DNA from: a plasmid
Sequence record: NZ_CP033968.1
Direction: 5' to 3' (one strand)
DNA length: 64,000 nt
A program made the translations under genes and the position numbers. A model generated the notes under the pieces. The model made no database searches. It had not been told where the DNA came from and worked only from the letters and a program-made list of their open reading frames with translations. Of this stretch, positions 1 to 9,117 are shown in pieces. Position 1 is the first letter of the stretch. Every line of letters starts with the position of its first letter.

Positions 1-619
1 CAATATGCTCAAGTACATTCGTATGACGGCCAGTTCCAACTTTGGCAACGTGTTTTCGGTGTTGGTGGCAAGTGCGTTCTTGCCCTTCTTGCCGATGCTT
101 CCACTGCAGTTGTTGGTGCAAAACCTGCTCTATGACGTCTCGCAGATTGCAATTCCCTTTGACAAAGTGGACGACGAACTGGTGACGCGGCCGCTGCAGT
201 GGAATCCGGGCGATATCGGGCGCTTCATGGTGTTCTTTGGGCCGATCAGCTCGATTTTCGATATCACCACATACCTGGTGATGTGGTTTGTGTTTGCCGC
301 AAAGACAGGTGCCGACCAATCGCTGTTTCAATCCGGATGGTTTGTGGTCGGCCTTCTCACGCAAACGTTGATTGTGCACATGATTCGCACGCCTAAGCTG
401 CCTTTTGTCGAGAGCCGGGCAGCTTGGCCATTGATCGTGATGACTGCCCTGATCATGGCTCTTGGGGTGTTCTTGCCGATGGGGCCGTTAGCGGGCTACT
501 TCAAGTTGCAGGCATTGCCATGGGCATACTTCCCTTGGATGGTCGGCATCGTGGTCAGCTATGCCTTGTTGACCACCGCGATGAAGCGTTTCTATGTTCG
601 CCGTTTCGGTTGGCAGTAG
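1..619 (+). CDS. mgtA: Mg2+-importing P-type ATPase MgtA, C-terminal ~204 aa (5' end lies outside the window)
   Basis: Translation of frame 5..619 aligns almost residue-for-residue with the MgtA C-terminus (LPFLPMLP.QLL.QNLLYDVSQ.AIPFD.VDDE...WNP.D.GRFM.FFGPISSIFDI...SGWFVVGLL.QTLIVHMIRT...RRYGWQ*). No start codon in window. Confidence 0.9.
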   Translation, partial: NMLKYIRMTASSNFGNVFSVLVASAFLPFLPMLPLQLLVQNLLYDVSQIAIPFDKVDDELVTRPLQWNPGDIGRFMVFFGPISSIFDITTYLVMWFVFAAKTGADQSLFQSGWFVVGLLTQTLIVHMIRTPKLPFVESRAAWPLIVMTALIMALGVFLPMGPLAGYFKLQALPWAYFPWMVGIVVSYALLTTAMKRFYVRRFGWQ

Positions 620-715
620 GACTGCTACGGTCGATAACCCTCATCTGTGTGCTGCCAACTGCTTGTAACAATGGCATGACATGATCCGGCCCCCTCGGGG
701 GCCCAAAACCGATAC

Positions 716-1453
716 TTGATCAACGCGAATTTTCCCATGGAAGCTGTTACCAATATCAATCTGGAATCATTGCTCGCCACCTGCATCAGCCTGGCCGCGG
801 CATTTGTCCTGGGCACAGTAATAGGCTTCGAGCGGCAATATCGCCAGCGCACGGCGGGCTTGCGTACCAACGTACTGGTTGCCGTCGGCGCGGCCATTTT
901 TGTGGATATGGCGAACCGACTGGCGGGCCACGATGGGGCTGTGCGGGTAGTCGCCTATGTGGTTTCGGGAATCGGCTTTCTCGGCGCCGGCGTCATCATG
1001 CGGGAGGAAGGGAACGTGCGCGGGCTCAATACCGCGGCAACCCTGTGGGGATCAGCCGCTGTTGGCGCGAGCGCGGGTGCGGGGTTGATTCTGGAGGCTG
1101 CGCTTGCTTGCCTGTTCGTTCTTGCGGCGAACACGCTGCTGAGGCCAGTGGTCAATCGAATCAACCGTCAGCCTATTGATACCCACGCTGTCGAGGTCAC
1201 TAATACGGTCTACGTCATCGCCCCGCGGCAACGTCAGAGGGAGGCGATGCGCTTGCTTGAGGCGGCCCTTGAAGCTAGCGAGCACCACACTCGCGATCTG
1301 GTTGTGCACGCTTTTGGCGTACACGACGTCGAAATCGAGGCGGTGCTGATGGCAACTTCCGTGGATGGCGACGAACTTGATCGCATTGTCGCGCAATTGG
1401 CCAGTTCAGACGCCATCAATCAGGCCTTTTGGAGCCCGAGTACGACAGAGTGA
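716..1453 (+). CDS. mgtC: MgtC/SapB family Mg2+ transport accessory and virulence protein
   Basis: GFERQ.RQR.AGLRTN.LVA.GAA.F...VSGIGFLGAGVIMRE..NVRGLNTAATLW signature of MgtC. Lies immediately downstream of mgtA on the same strand. Start may be the internal Met at 737. Confidence 0.85.
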   Translation: MINANFPMEAVTNINLESLLATCISLAAAFVLGTVIGFERQYRQRTAGLRTNVLVAVGAAIFVDMANRLAGHDGAVRVVAYVVSGIGFLGAGVIMREEGNVRGLNTAATLWGSAAVGASAGAGLILEAALACLFVLAANTLLRPVVNRINRQPIDTHAVEVTNTVYVIAPRQRQREAMRLLEAALEASEHHTRDLVVHAFGVHDVEIEAVLMATSVDGDELDRIVAQLASSDAINQAFWSPSTTE

Positions 1454-1601
1454 ATTTGCCGCTCGTCGCCCCTGAGTGCTTGCGTCGCAATTTGCTCTTG
1501 AACGACTGCAACGTTTGTCGTTGCGCGCCGGCACTTGGGAGGAAAGTGAAATCTTGGCAGGCATTGAAACCGATACGGATCACCTCGGTCGTTAAGGCGC
1601 C

Positions 1602-1860
1602 GAGACCGGAACGCGGCTGACCTCATTATCGGCGTCCACGATGCGATTTAGCGTCTCGATGAATGCCTGTTTCTCGGCCTTCGTTAGACCTGTCAGCATT
1701 CGCTCTTGGGCGTGTTCAGAGCCCACATACATCTGTTCCAGCTATGATTCGACCAGCGCCGTGAGATAGAGCAACTTGGTGCGGCGATCCGTACCGGTCT
1801 CCCTGGAAATCAGTCCCTTCGTCTCGAGCCGTTCTACGCGCCCGAAGTTGTGTTGCTGTC
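1602..1860 (-). pseudogene. MarR-family transcriptional regulator remnant (in-frame stop and frameshift)
   Basis: Minus-strand translation gives ...VERLETKGLISRETGTDRRTKLLYLTALVES*LEQMYVGSEHAQERMLTGLTKAEKQAFIETLNRIVDADNEVSR. This is a MarR wing-helix region followed by a dimerisation helix. It is interrupted by TAG and lacks an N-terminal start. Confidence 0.45.
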
Positions 1861-2019
1861 AACGCCGATGGATTACGCTACCCTAAGCTGGTCAATGCCT
1901 GGGTGGGCGCGGATTGCGGCCAATGCCGCGTAACCGGAGTGGTATCGAACTCTGCGGTTTCCTTCAGACAAACGGTTGTGGCGATCTGCTGAAGCCGGCG
2001 GATCAGGTGTCCCGGTTTG

Positions 2020-2240
2020 TTGTACAGCACCTGCGTTTCCACGACAGCAGCAACAAGGCATGGCTGTTTGCGGCGCGCGCCAACCATGCGTTCTCCAAGC
2101 GCACCACTGCCTATGGCACTGTGGGGTATATCGATAGTCGAGGGACGCTCAACTACTCTGTGAGCTCTGCCGCGACTGGTTCGAGTCCGACGCCAGGAGG
2201 CAACCAGTTTGGCGCGATGCTGGGTCTCAAGACGATCTTC
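2020..2240 (+). pseudogene. Gram-negative (Burkholderia OpcP/Omp38-type) porin, C-terminal remnant
   Basis: KAWLFAARANHAFSKRTTAYGTVGYIDSRGTLNYSVSSAATGSSPTPGGNQFGAMLGLKTIF matches the C-terminal beta-strands of trimeric porins, which end in ...F. There is no stop after the terminal Phe, no N-terminal part, and the region is embedded in ORF 1914..2318. Confidence 0.55.
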
Positions 2241-2540
2241 TGGCAATGGGGCCGCATCGAGTCTCTTGGCCGTACACCCAATCCGGAACTCAAAGAGGTC
2301 GAAAAAAGGGCTAAGTAGGAAGCCCGTACTTAGCCCATGGTTGCCTAACTTACCCGTCTGCCGCATGGGATCGGTACGCCTGCGCGTCGATTCCATTGGC
2401 GGCGCGTCTGCTGCTTACGCAGCGGCTGATCGTCCTACGATCGTCAGTGAATCCCATTGGGCATCATAGGATGCGAAGCAGGTAACGAACGTGAACGAAG
2501 AAGGAATGAGCGCTAACTACCATCTCTTGCTCGAATTTGA

Positions 2541-2738
2541 TCAATGTCGCTTTCGTCGCTTTCGTTTCGATCCGCGCCGTGGTGGCCTGTGAGCTCTCCT
2601 TTGAGTCTCTTTTTTGCATGGTCCATACCTCCACCGTAAGTAGAGGGCAAAGGCGACTATTCCGAGAACAGCCACGATGAAGAAGACGACTAGCGTAGTC
2701 GCATAATCGTCGGACATATAAGGTGCTCGGAGCCTCGT
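2541..2738 (-). CDS. Possible small single-TM membrane protein with Arg/Lys-rich tail
   Basis: ORF MSDDYATTLVVFFIVAVLGIVAFALYLRWRY... has one clear hydrophobic helix. No homology recognised; could be spurious. Confidence 0.2.
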   Translation of the reverse strand, partial: TRLRAPYMSDDYATTLVVFFIVAVLGIVAFALYLRWRYGPCKKETQRRAHRPPRRGSKRKRRKRH

Positions 2739-3136
2739 TACTTGTTTCATAAGAGTGCTATGAGATCCTCGGGTACACCTCCTCTTTCGGGTATGCCAGG
2801 TGTCGCGCAAGGGAGGACGATGTCCCGCGGGTACTTTGGGGTAACGTACGATTAAAGAATCGTGAAATGTGCATCACTTACCTAGCGGTTTCGGTAGGCC
2901 TGAACTGAGTAAGGAATACGATGTGCTTCAAGTTTCCTTGGCGGAACCCAGTTAGCAGTGCGCGTACGTCGTTATAAGTCACGTTCGGAAGTGGACGCGT
3001 GAGACTGCCGACTGGCGTCACACGCATCCTGCAACAACGTTGGGCGTAATGCGGTCGGCCCAGCACGGCTATCAGTCAGTGACGCCATAGCGGCCCAGAT
3101 ACGTGGCACTTCGTGTCGCATCTGGGCCCCGCTTGC

Positions 3137-4411
3137 TTACCTGAAGACCGAATCAAGCTGCAATTCGAGCTTCAGCTTTTCTTCTGCTTCCAAGGCGCTG
3201 ACCACCGCGGTTCGGGCAGCGAGGGTGGTTTCGGCAAGGCTTCGCCGAACCACAAGCAGTTGGGCGACGCCGATCTCGCCAGCGGCGTAGGCCTTCTGAC
3301 TCCTTGCCGCGGCGCTAAGATCCAATTGCAAAGCCGAAAACTGAGCTTTTGCCGCAGCATTAAGTCCACTAAAGGACTTCGCCAGAACATCGTAGTCGGC
3401 TCCTGCAGCCTGCTCCGCGCCATAGCGTCGTTGCGCGGCACTCCCTGCGTCCGCTGCAGCAGCTACCGCAGACGCGCGCCGATACGATGAACCCAAGGGC
3501 ATCGAAATCGAAATGCCGGCAATTCTCTCTGTACCGCCGCGCTCAACGGTCACGAAGGCGCCGACCGTCGGATCTGGCTTGCGCTCGAGGTCGGTCCGAT
3601 GAGCGACACGTTGGGCCATCGCCTCTTCCGCCAGGGCGAGGCGCACTGCATAGCTTGAGCCTATGTAGCGGGCTCGGGCATCGTCACCAAGCAGTGTCGA
3701 TGCTGGCAGGGCCGTTTCGACGGGCAGCCCTCCCGGCATACCTAGCAGTGGATAGCGGGCGTGCAGGTCTGCCTCGGCGGCAGATTGCGCAGAACGCGCA
3801 CCTGCTGCCGCCGCTTCCGCACGGGCAAGCTCTGCTTCGATAATCTCAAGATCCATTCGAGACGCATCTTGTGCACGAGCACGCTTTCTCGTCGAGGAGA
3901 CCAGTTCTGCGGCCAATTCGACGTTTCGATTCGTTGCCTCAGTGGCTTCGCGTGCGCGTATGACATTGAACCAAAGCGCCAGCATTTGTCGGGACGCCTG
4001 GTGCCGGGCATCTGCCGCTGCTAGCGCACCGGCATCGATGGCTGCGTCCGCAATCGCGGCATCGGCATCCGCTTTCCCCCAAAGACGTAGCGGACGCTCG
4101 ATTGCAACCTGGCCTTCTGCGAAGTTTGCAGAAGGATTGGTCACATTCCGGTTCTGCCCCGTAGCACGTACGACAAACTCCGCCGTTCCGGCACGGATGC
4201 CGACGGCTCGGGCGTTGGCGCTATCTTGCCGAGCGATCGCCGCCGAGACGGACGGGGCTGCATTCAGCGCGGCTTCGACCGCACCGGGTGCGGGCAAGTA
4301 TCCCGCAGCCGCCCGTGAAAGGGTGGGGTTGCAGAGTAGGGCTGTCAGGAACAGCGCGTAGCTGCCAAATACAATTCGATTTTCCATTGCAAAGTTCTCG
4401 CGCTGGTTCAT
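3137..4411 (-). CDS. Outer-membrane efflux factor, TolC/CzcC/OprM family (metal-RND type)
   Basis: 424-aa ORF with signal peptide, Ala-rich paired coiled-coil and beta-barrel repeats typical of OEP family proteins. Its ATG overlaps the TAA of the upstream RND remnant by 1 nt (TAATG), so the two were an operon. Confidence 0.8.
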   Translation of the reverse strand: MNQRENFAMENRIVFGSYALFLTALLCNPTLSRAAAGYLPAPGAVEAALNAAPSVSAAIARQDSANARAVGIRAGTAEFVVRATGQNRNVTNPSANFAEGQVAIERPLRLWGKADADAAIADAAIDAGALAAADARHQASRQMLALWFNVIRAREATEATNRNVELAAELVSSTRKRARAQDASRMDLEIIEAELARAEAAAAGARSAQSAAEADLHARYPLLGMPGGLPVETALPASTLLGDDARARYIGSSYAVRLALAEEAMAQRVAHRTDLERKPDPTVGAFVTVERGGTERIAGISISMPLGSSYRRASAVAAAADAGSAAQRRYGAEQAAGADYDVLAKSFSGLNAAAKAQFSALQLDLSAAARSQKAYAAGEIGVAQLLVVRRSLAETTLAARTAVVSALEAEEKLKLELQLDSVFR

Positions 4412-4660
4412 TATTCAACCGAGGATCCGGCAGGCGTCCGGATGCTCGCCCGCTGAGAGCGTGCGGTTCCAAACCGCTCAAATAGCAGCGGAAGGAGTAG
4501 GAGAGTAAGCGCGGTCGAAGTCACCAGGCCGCCGGTCACTACGATGGCCAGAGGACGCTGAATCTCTGATCCTGGGCCGGTCGCCAGCAACAGCGGAATC
4601 ATGCCGAGTGCCGTGATGCATGCCGTCATGAGCACGGGGCGTAGACGATCCCGCACGCCA
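4411..4660 (-). pseudogene. CzcA/CusA-type heavy-metal RND pump, C-terminal ~80 aa remnant
   Basis: RLRPVLMTACITALGMIPLLLATGPGSEIQRPLAIVVTGGLVTSTALTLLLLPLLFERF is the conserved TM12 and C-terminus of HME-RND transporters. Upstream of about 4660 the frame carries unrelated sequence, i.e. roughly 950 codons have been lost at the junction with the mobile module. Confidence 0.75.
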
Positions 4661-4772
4661 CGTGTGCATAAGCAGCTTTCGTGATGCCGAAAGCGTGGGG
4701 ATTTGAGCAAGAACGGTGATGGACGCTGGAGGGGTTCCCTCAGGGAGCGTGCATGCACGCGCCTGAGGGAAG

Positions 4773-5342
4773 ATGTCGCCTTTATTGTGTCGAGCAATGA
4801 AGGAGACCTCAGCAGTGTGCCATGCCTTGCTACAAACGCCAGCGTTTTTTGCCCTGTTGCGCCGGATCGACGAAGACTTGATGAAGGTGGCGCGAGACAG
4901 GGGCTGCTGCCATTGCGGCTCTGTGCTGCACAGTGCCAACTATCCGCGTAAGCCGCGCGGATGCCCACCGGCAGCACACCCGGACTGCAATACGCGCCTG
5001 AGCCTGTGCTGTGCCGGATGCCGCAAACGCATGACGCCCGATTCGGTGCGCTTTCTCGGCCGGCGTGTCTGGCTGGCCATTGTCCTGGTACTGCGATCGA
5101 GCCGTGCCACTGGCGCCTGCCTGGACGGCCTGCCGGCGATCAGTTGGGCCACGCTCAAGCGCTGGCGTCAGTGGTGGACCGAGACCTTCCCCAAGACCCC
5201 CGTCGGTCGGTGGCTGCGTGGCCTCATCCCGCCAACGCCCGAGCCGTTCATCTATCCCGACTGCCTGCTGCAATCGGTCGAGCACGACAGCGAAGACGAG
5301 CGTCTGGCCGCGGTGTTGCTTCTGCTGCTGGGCCCGGCCTGA
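4773..5342 (+). CDS. Cys-rich hypothetical protein (putative zinc-binding), first gene of the transposition module
   Basis: 189-aa ORF with CHCGSVLHSANYPRKPRGCP...DCNTRLSLCCAGCRKRM cysteine clusters. Co-oriented with and immediately upstream of the transposase. Confidence 0.4.
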   Translation: MSPLLCRAMKETSAVCHALLQTPAFFALLRRIDEDLMKVARDRGCCHCGSVLHSANYPRKPRGCPPAAHPDCNTRLSLCCAGCRKRMTPDSVRFLGRRVWLAIVLVLRSSRATGACLDGLPAISWATLKRWRQWWTETFPKTPVGRWLRGLIPPTPEPFIYPDCLLQSVEHDSEDERLAAVLLLLLGPA

Positions 5343-5453
5343 CCACGCTGGCTGAGGGATGCGCCAGATAGGGGAATCTCCCGCAGAACATGTCGATGGC
5401 GGGTCACCCGCACTGCCCGTAGCCTGCTCCCGTTATCCCCCCAACGGAGAGTC

Positions 5454-6893
5454 ATGTCACTATCGATTGATCATCGCAACCGATGGGCGCGCTTGCGCTT
5501 CTCGGTCATTGGCCCTTTGCTGGCTTCGCCGCCTGCCAAAGGAGAATTGCAGCAAGCGTTCCAGGCACTGGCCGCCAAGGTCTGGCGGCACCCCATCACC
5601 GGCGCCGACGTTCAGTTCGGCGCGTCTTCCATCGAACGCTGGTATTACCGGGCCCGTCACGTCCAGGATCCGGTCGATCAACTCAAGAACCGACTGCGCG
5701 ACGATTGCGGCCACTTCGTCAGTCTGAGCCCAGCCATCATCGAAGCGCTGGTCGAGCAGTACCGTCAGCACCCCGGCTGGACCATGCAGTTGCATTACGA
5801 CAACCTGCGCGTCGCGACCAAGGATGGCCCGGACACGCTGCCGTCCTACACCACGGTGTGCCGGTATCTGAAGGCGCAGGGTCTGGTGCGCAAGCCAACC
5901 CCGCGCTCGAGCACGGATGGGGCCATCGCTGCTGCGGCTCGCCGCGAGGCACGCGAGGTGCGTAGCTACGAGGTCGACCACGTGGCCGCGCTCTGGCACC
6001 TGGACTTCCACCATGGTTCGCGCAAGGTGCTCACCCCCGATGGGCAGTGGCACAAGCCGCTGCTGCTCTGCATTATGGACGACCATTCGCGGCTGGTCTG
6101 CCACCTGCAGTGGTTCCTCGACGAGACCACTGCCTCGCTGGTGCACGGCGTCTCGCAGGCGATCATGAAGCGAGGGCTGCCGCGGGCCATCATGACCGAT
6201 AACGGCGCAGCCATGATGGCCGACGAGTTCGTCGAGGGGCTGGCCAGTCTGGGCATCCTGCACCAGACTACCTTGCCCTACAGCCCATACCAGAATGCCA
6301 AGCAGGAACGCTTCTGGGGACAGCTCGAGTCCCGGCTGATGGCCATGCTCGAAGGTGAGTCGCACCTCACCCTGGAGCAATTGAACCTCGCCACGCAGGC
6401 CTGGGTCGAGCAGGAATACCACCACAAGGAACACGCCGAACTCGAGGCGACGCCTCTGCAGCGCTACCTGTCCTGTGCCGACGTCTCGCGCCCCAGTCCC
6501 GAGGCGCTGGCCTTGCGCCGGGCCTTCCGTATCCGCCAGCATCGCCGCCAGCGCAGAACCGACGGCACCTTCACGTTGGACGGCGTGCGCTTCGAGATCC
6601 CCGGCGCTTACCGCCACCTCGAGCAAGTCTGCCTGAGCTACGCGCGCTGGGATCTCTCCCAAGTCGACCTGATCGATGCGCGCATCGGCGCGATCCTGGC
6701 CGCCGTGTTCCCGCTGGACAAGTCTGCCAATGCCGACGCACGGCGCGCGCATCTCACGGCCAAGGGTGCCTCGCCTGCTAACGAGGAACCCGCGCAGGCT
6801 GGCACTGCGCCGCTGCTGCGTCAGTTGCTCGCCGAACACGCCGCCACCGGCCTGCCGCCGGCCTATCTCCCACCCGCACCCACCAAGCTATGA
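5454..6893 (+). CDS. DDE (rve/Mu-type) transposase, TniA/IstA-like
   Basis: 479 aa with N-terminal HTH and a central integrase core (D..D..E spacing: LDFHHG...MDDHSRL...MTDNGAAMMADEF...YSPYQNAKQERF). 4-nt ATGA overlap with the downstream ATPase gene. Confidence 0.85.
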   Translation: MSLSIDHRNRWARLRFSVIGPLLASPPAKGELQQAFQALAAKVWRHPITGADVQFGASSIERWYYRARHVQDPVDQLKNRLRDDCGHFVSLSPAIIEALVEQYRQHPGWTMQLHYDNLRVATKDGPDTLPSYTTVCRYLKAQGLVRKPTPRSSTDGAIAAAARREAREVRSYEVDHVAALWHLDFHHGSRKVLTPDGQWHKPLLLCIMDDHSRLVCHLQWFLDETTASLVHGVSQAIMKRGLPRAIMTDNGAAMMADEFVEGLASLGILHQTTLPYSPYQNAKQERFWGQLESRLMAMLEGESHLTLEQLNLATQAWVEQEYHHKEHAELEATPLQRYLSCADVSRPSPEALALRRAFRIRQHRRQRRTDGTFTLDGVRFEIPGAYRHLEQVCLSYARWDLSQVDLIDARIGAILAAVFPLDKSANADARRAHLTAKGASPANEEPAQAGTAPLLRQLLAEHAATGLPPAYLPPAPTKL

Positions 6894-7723
6894 ATCAACC
6901 CAACCTGCTGGCCTTGTACGGTCTGAAGTTCAACCCCTTCGCCCAGGACATCCCCGTCGAGGCCGTGTTCGTGCCACCCAAGCTCGATCACTTCTGCTGG
7001 CGCATTGAGAACGGTATGGCCCGCGAAGGCGGCTTCGCCATGGTGCATGGCGACCCCGGTTGCGGCAAGAGCGTCACGCTGCGCCTGCTCCATCAGCGCC
7101 TCATGCGCGTCCCCGATCTGATGGTCGGCTCGATCGCTCACCCACAGAGCAATCTGGCGGACTTCTATCGCGAGCTCAGCGACATCTTTACCGTACCGCT
7201 CAAGCCCCACAATCGCTGGGGCGGCTTCAAGGCGCTGCGCGAGCGCTGGCTCACCCACATGGAGGCCAGCCGCCGCCGCTGCGTGCTGCTCATCGATGAA
7301 GCCCAGGAGATGGCGGTGCCAGCCCTCTCGGAACTGCGCCTGCTCGCACAGGCACGCTTCGACTCGCAATTGCTGCTGTGCGTGGTGCTTGCCGGCGACG
7401 CTCGCCTGCCGGAGAAGTTCAGCCGCGAGGACCTGATCCCGCTGGGCAGCCGCATCCGCTGCCGTCTGGCGCTGGAGAGTGCGAGCATCGACGAGCTGCA
7501 GGCCTGCCTGGACCACTTGCTGGCCGCCGCCGGCAACGCCACCCTGATGACCATGCCATTGCGCCAGACCCTGTGTGAGCACGCCGCCGGCAATTACCGC
7601 ATCCTGATGAACCTGGCGGGCGAGCTTCTGGCCCAGGCCGCGCAGCGGGAGCTACCGCAGATCGACGAGAAGCTCTATCTGGAAACCTACAGCGCAACCC
7701 TGAACCGCCGCGCCAGGCGGTGA
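6890..7723 (+). CDS. AAA+ ATPase transposition helper, TniB/ExeA-like (functional analogue of IstB/MuB)
   Basis: 277 aa with Walker A GDPGCGKS and Walker B LLIDEAQ. The gene order transposase-then-ATPase with overlapping stop and start is typical of Mu-like two-component transposition modules. Confidence 0.8.
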   Translation: MNQPNLLALYGLKFNPFAQDIPVEAVFVPPKLDHFCWRIENGMAREGGFAMVHGDPGCGKSVTLRLLHQRLMRVPDLMVGSIAHPQSNLADFYRELSDIFTVPLKPHNRWGGFKALRERWLTHMEASRRRCVLLIDEAQEMAVPALSELRLLAQARFDSQLLLCVVLAGDARLPEKFSREDLIPLGSRIRCRLALESASIDELQACLDHLLAAAGNATLMTMPLRQTLCEHAAGNYRILMNLAGELLAQAAQRELPQIDEKLYLETYSATLNRRARR

Positions 7724-7992
7724 GTGGCGCCGTTGGCCATCGCCGCCACGTCCATCAACACAACGACGACATCACCATGACCTTCCACCAGCCATCCGGC
7801 ATCGCCCAGGGGCTGCCCCTGCTCATTGATGCCAACTGGACGCCCGCGCAGGCCTGGGCTGTGATCGAATTGCTCGACGATCTGCGCGACCGTCTGCATG
7901 CTCACTATCAATTGGCCTTGGCCCAGTGGCTGGCCGAAGATCGGCAGGAGCATCCTGATGGCCTTGGCGATCTCGCAGATAACGACTTCTGA
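7720..7992 (+). CDS. Small hypothetical protein, ATGA-coupled to the ATPase gene (start may be Met at 7777)
   Basis: 90-aa ORF whose ATG overlaps the ATPase stop. Followed 5 nt later by a 31-nt perfect palindrome. No homology recognised. Confidence 0.3.
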   Translation: MSGAVGHRRHVHQHNDDITMTFHQPSGIAQGLPLLIDANWTPAQAWAVIELLDDLRDRLHAHYQLALAQWLAEDRQEHPDGLGDLADNDF

Positions 7993-7996
7993 TCCA

Positions 7997-8027
7997 GTAA
8001 CAAGGGGCCCGCCGGGCCCCTTGTTAC
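7997..8027. repeat. 31-nt perfect palindrome GTAACAAGGGGCCCG-C-CGGGCCCCTTGTTAC (hairpin or protein-binding site)
   Basis: Read directly from the sequence. No T-tract follows, so it is not a canonical intrinsic terminator. Sits at the end of the transposition module just before the porin N-terminal remnant. Confidence 0.7.
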
Positions 8028-8169
8028 ATCAGTGCCGCTGCTCCGCATCCGGTCCACCGCGATAGATCGCCACGTCCATCAGCGTTGCCCGACGGCACGC
8101 AACATTGGTGATGGACGGTGCCGCAGCCGACCATCAATTACCGTGCTCGCGCATCCATCGAATCTCGTG

Positions 8170-8396
8170 CTCACGCACACGCCGAGATCTTCAACGCCAC
8201 GCATGCCCCAGCGCGACGTCGACATATTGCCCGAGGTCATGCGGACCTGGCTTGAACCACCAGGCGAAGCAGACGGGACGTTGCTCAGATACTCGATACC
8301 AGCATCGGCGACACCGTAGAGCGTCACGGTGGATTGAGCGAAGGCTGTCGTGGCGAACAGACCAAACGATGCAACGGCAATGCGACTAATCTTCAT
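8170..8396 (-). pseudogene. Gram-negative porin, N-terminal remnant (signal peptide plus first beta-strands)
   Basis: MKISRIAVASFGLFATTAFAQSTVTLYGVADAGIEYLSN...SRWGMRGVEDLG is a typical Burkholderia-type porin N-terminus. Similarity stops after EDLG at about 8170. The rest of ORF 8079..8396 is unrelated. Confidence 0.6.
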
Positions 8397-8694
8397 GGAT
8401 TCTCCTCAGTAAGGCCAGAATGAATTTTTGTTGAGGGCGAGTATAGAAATCCGCAGATGACGCTCAGATTGCTTTGCAATTACACGGGGGAACTTCGTGG
8501 TTCAGCGACGACAGGTATGCAAGCACTATGGATTGCACGTGTTGACAAGGCTTCCAGCAAGCGCCGTCCTTCGACGTCGACGCGAACATTGCGAGTTGGT
8601 AATGGGAAACTCATGAAAAAGGGTCGTTGCTCTAACCACAGTGTCGAATGCCGCTGACATACGCTGCGCGCTCCGAACTAGTTGGAGAGTGGAA

Positions 8695-9117
8695 ATGGAT
8701 ACCCCATACATCGCAAAGTGGGCCCGTAGTGAAGACAGCGTTCACGAGCAGGCGCTGAGGCTTCGGACGCGGAGGTTCGAGCTGTTATCTGCAAACATCG
8801 CGAACGCGGACACACCGAATTTCAAGGCGCGTGATCTCGACTTCAGTGCCGAGTTGGAGCGGGTGATGGGGAGTGGGCAGAATTTCGCCGGCATGACGAT
8901 GACCTCGCCGCGACATATCGAAGCGAGCAAGTCGGCGCTGGAGGAGGACCTTATGTATCGGGTACCGCTTCAGTCGAGCATGGACGGCAACACCGTCGAG
9001 ATGGACGTCGAGCGCGTGGCGTTCGCGGAGAATGCGCTGCGTATGCGATTCTCCATTCAAAAGACCGCCGACGAGTACAAGGATATGCTCAAGCTTTACC
9101 AGGACATGCGGCCGTAG
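8695..9117 (+). CDS. flgB: Flagellar basal-body rod protein FlgB homologue (orphan)
   Basis: LLSANIANADTPNFKARDLDFSAEL and LMYRVPLQSSMDGNTVEMDVERVAFAENALR align with FlgB (ANIANADTPGYQARDIDF...[32 protein letters not shown]). GGAGAG RBS before the ATG at 8695. No flgC or other flagellar genes follow. Confidence 0.65.
   Translation: MDTPYIAKWARSEDSVHEQALRLRTRRFELLSANIANADTPNFKARDLDFSAELERVMGSGQNFAGMTMTSPRHIEASKSALEEDLMYRVPLQSSMDGNTVEMDVERVAFAENALRMRFSIQKTADEYKDMLKLYQDMRP

Larger units (their letters stand above)
4700..8030 (+). mobile_element. Mu-like (TniA/TniB-type) transposable module; exact termini not resolved
   Basis: Contiguous co-oriented Cys-rich ORF, DDE transposase, AAA+ ATPase and small ORF. 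The left edge coincides with abrupt truncation of the czcA-like gene (about 4660-4770). The right edge is placed at the 7997..8027 palindrome. Terminal inverted repeats could not be identified by eye. Confidence 0.4.

Noticed and set aside
5460-6839. 459-aa ORF on the minus strand
   Set aside because: Lies entirely antisense to the well-supported DDE transposase gene. Its composition (Gly/Arg/Ala-rich, no motifs) is typical of spurious antisense frames in high-GC DNA.
5454-7723. Calling the transposase/ATPase pair an IS21 element
   Set aside because: The ATPase Walker A and overall similarity fit TniB/ExeA-type rather than IstB. No IS21-type terminal repeats found. Reported instead as Mu-like TniA/TniB-type module of uncertain family.
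2020-8396. Simple single inversion explaining the two porin fragments
   Set aside because: Topology fits, but the fragments are not contiguous in the porin sequence (about residues 75-270 missing). A single inversion alone is insufficient, so it is reported only as a multi-step rearrangement hypothesis.
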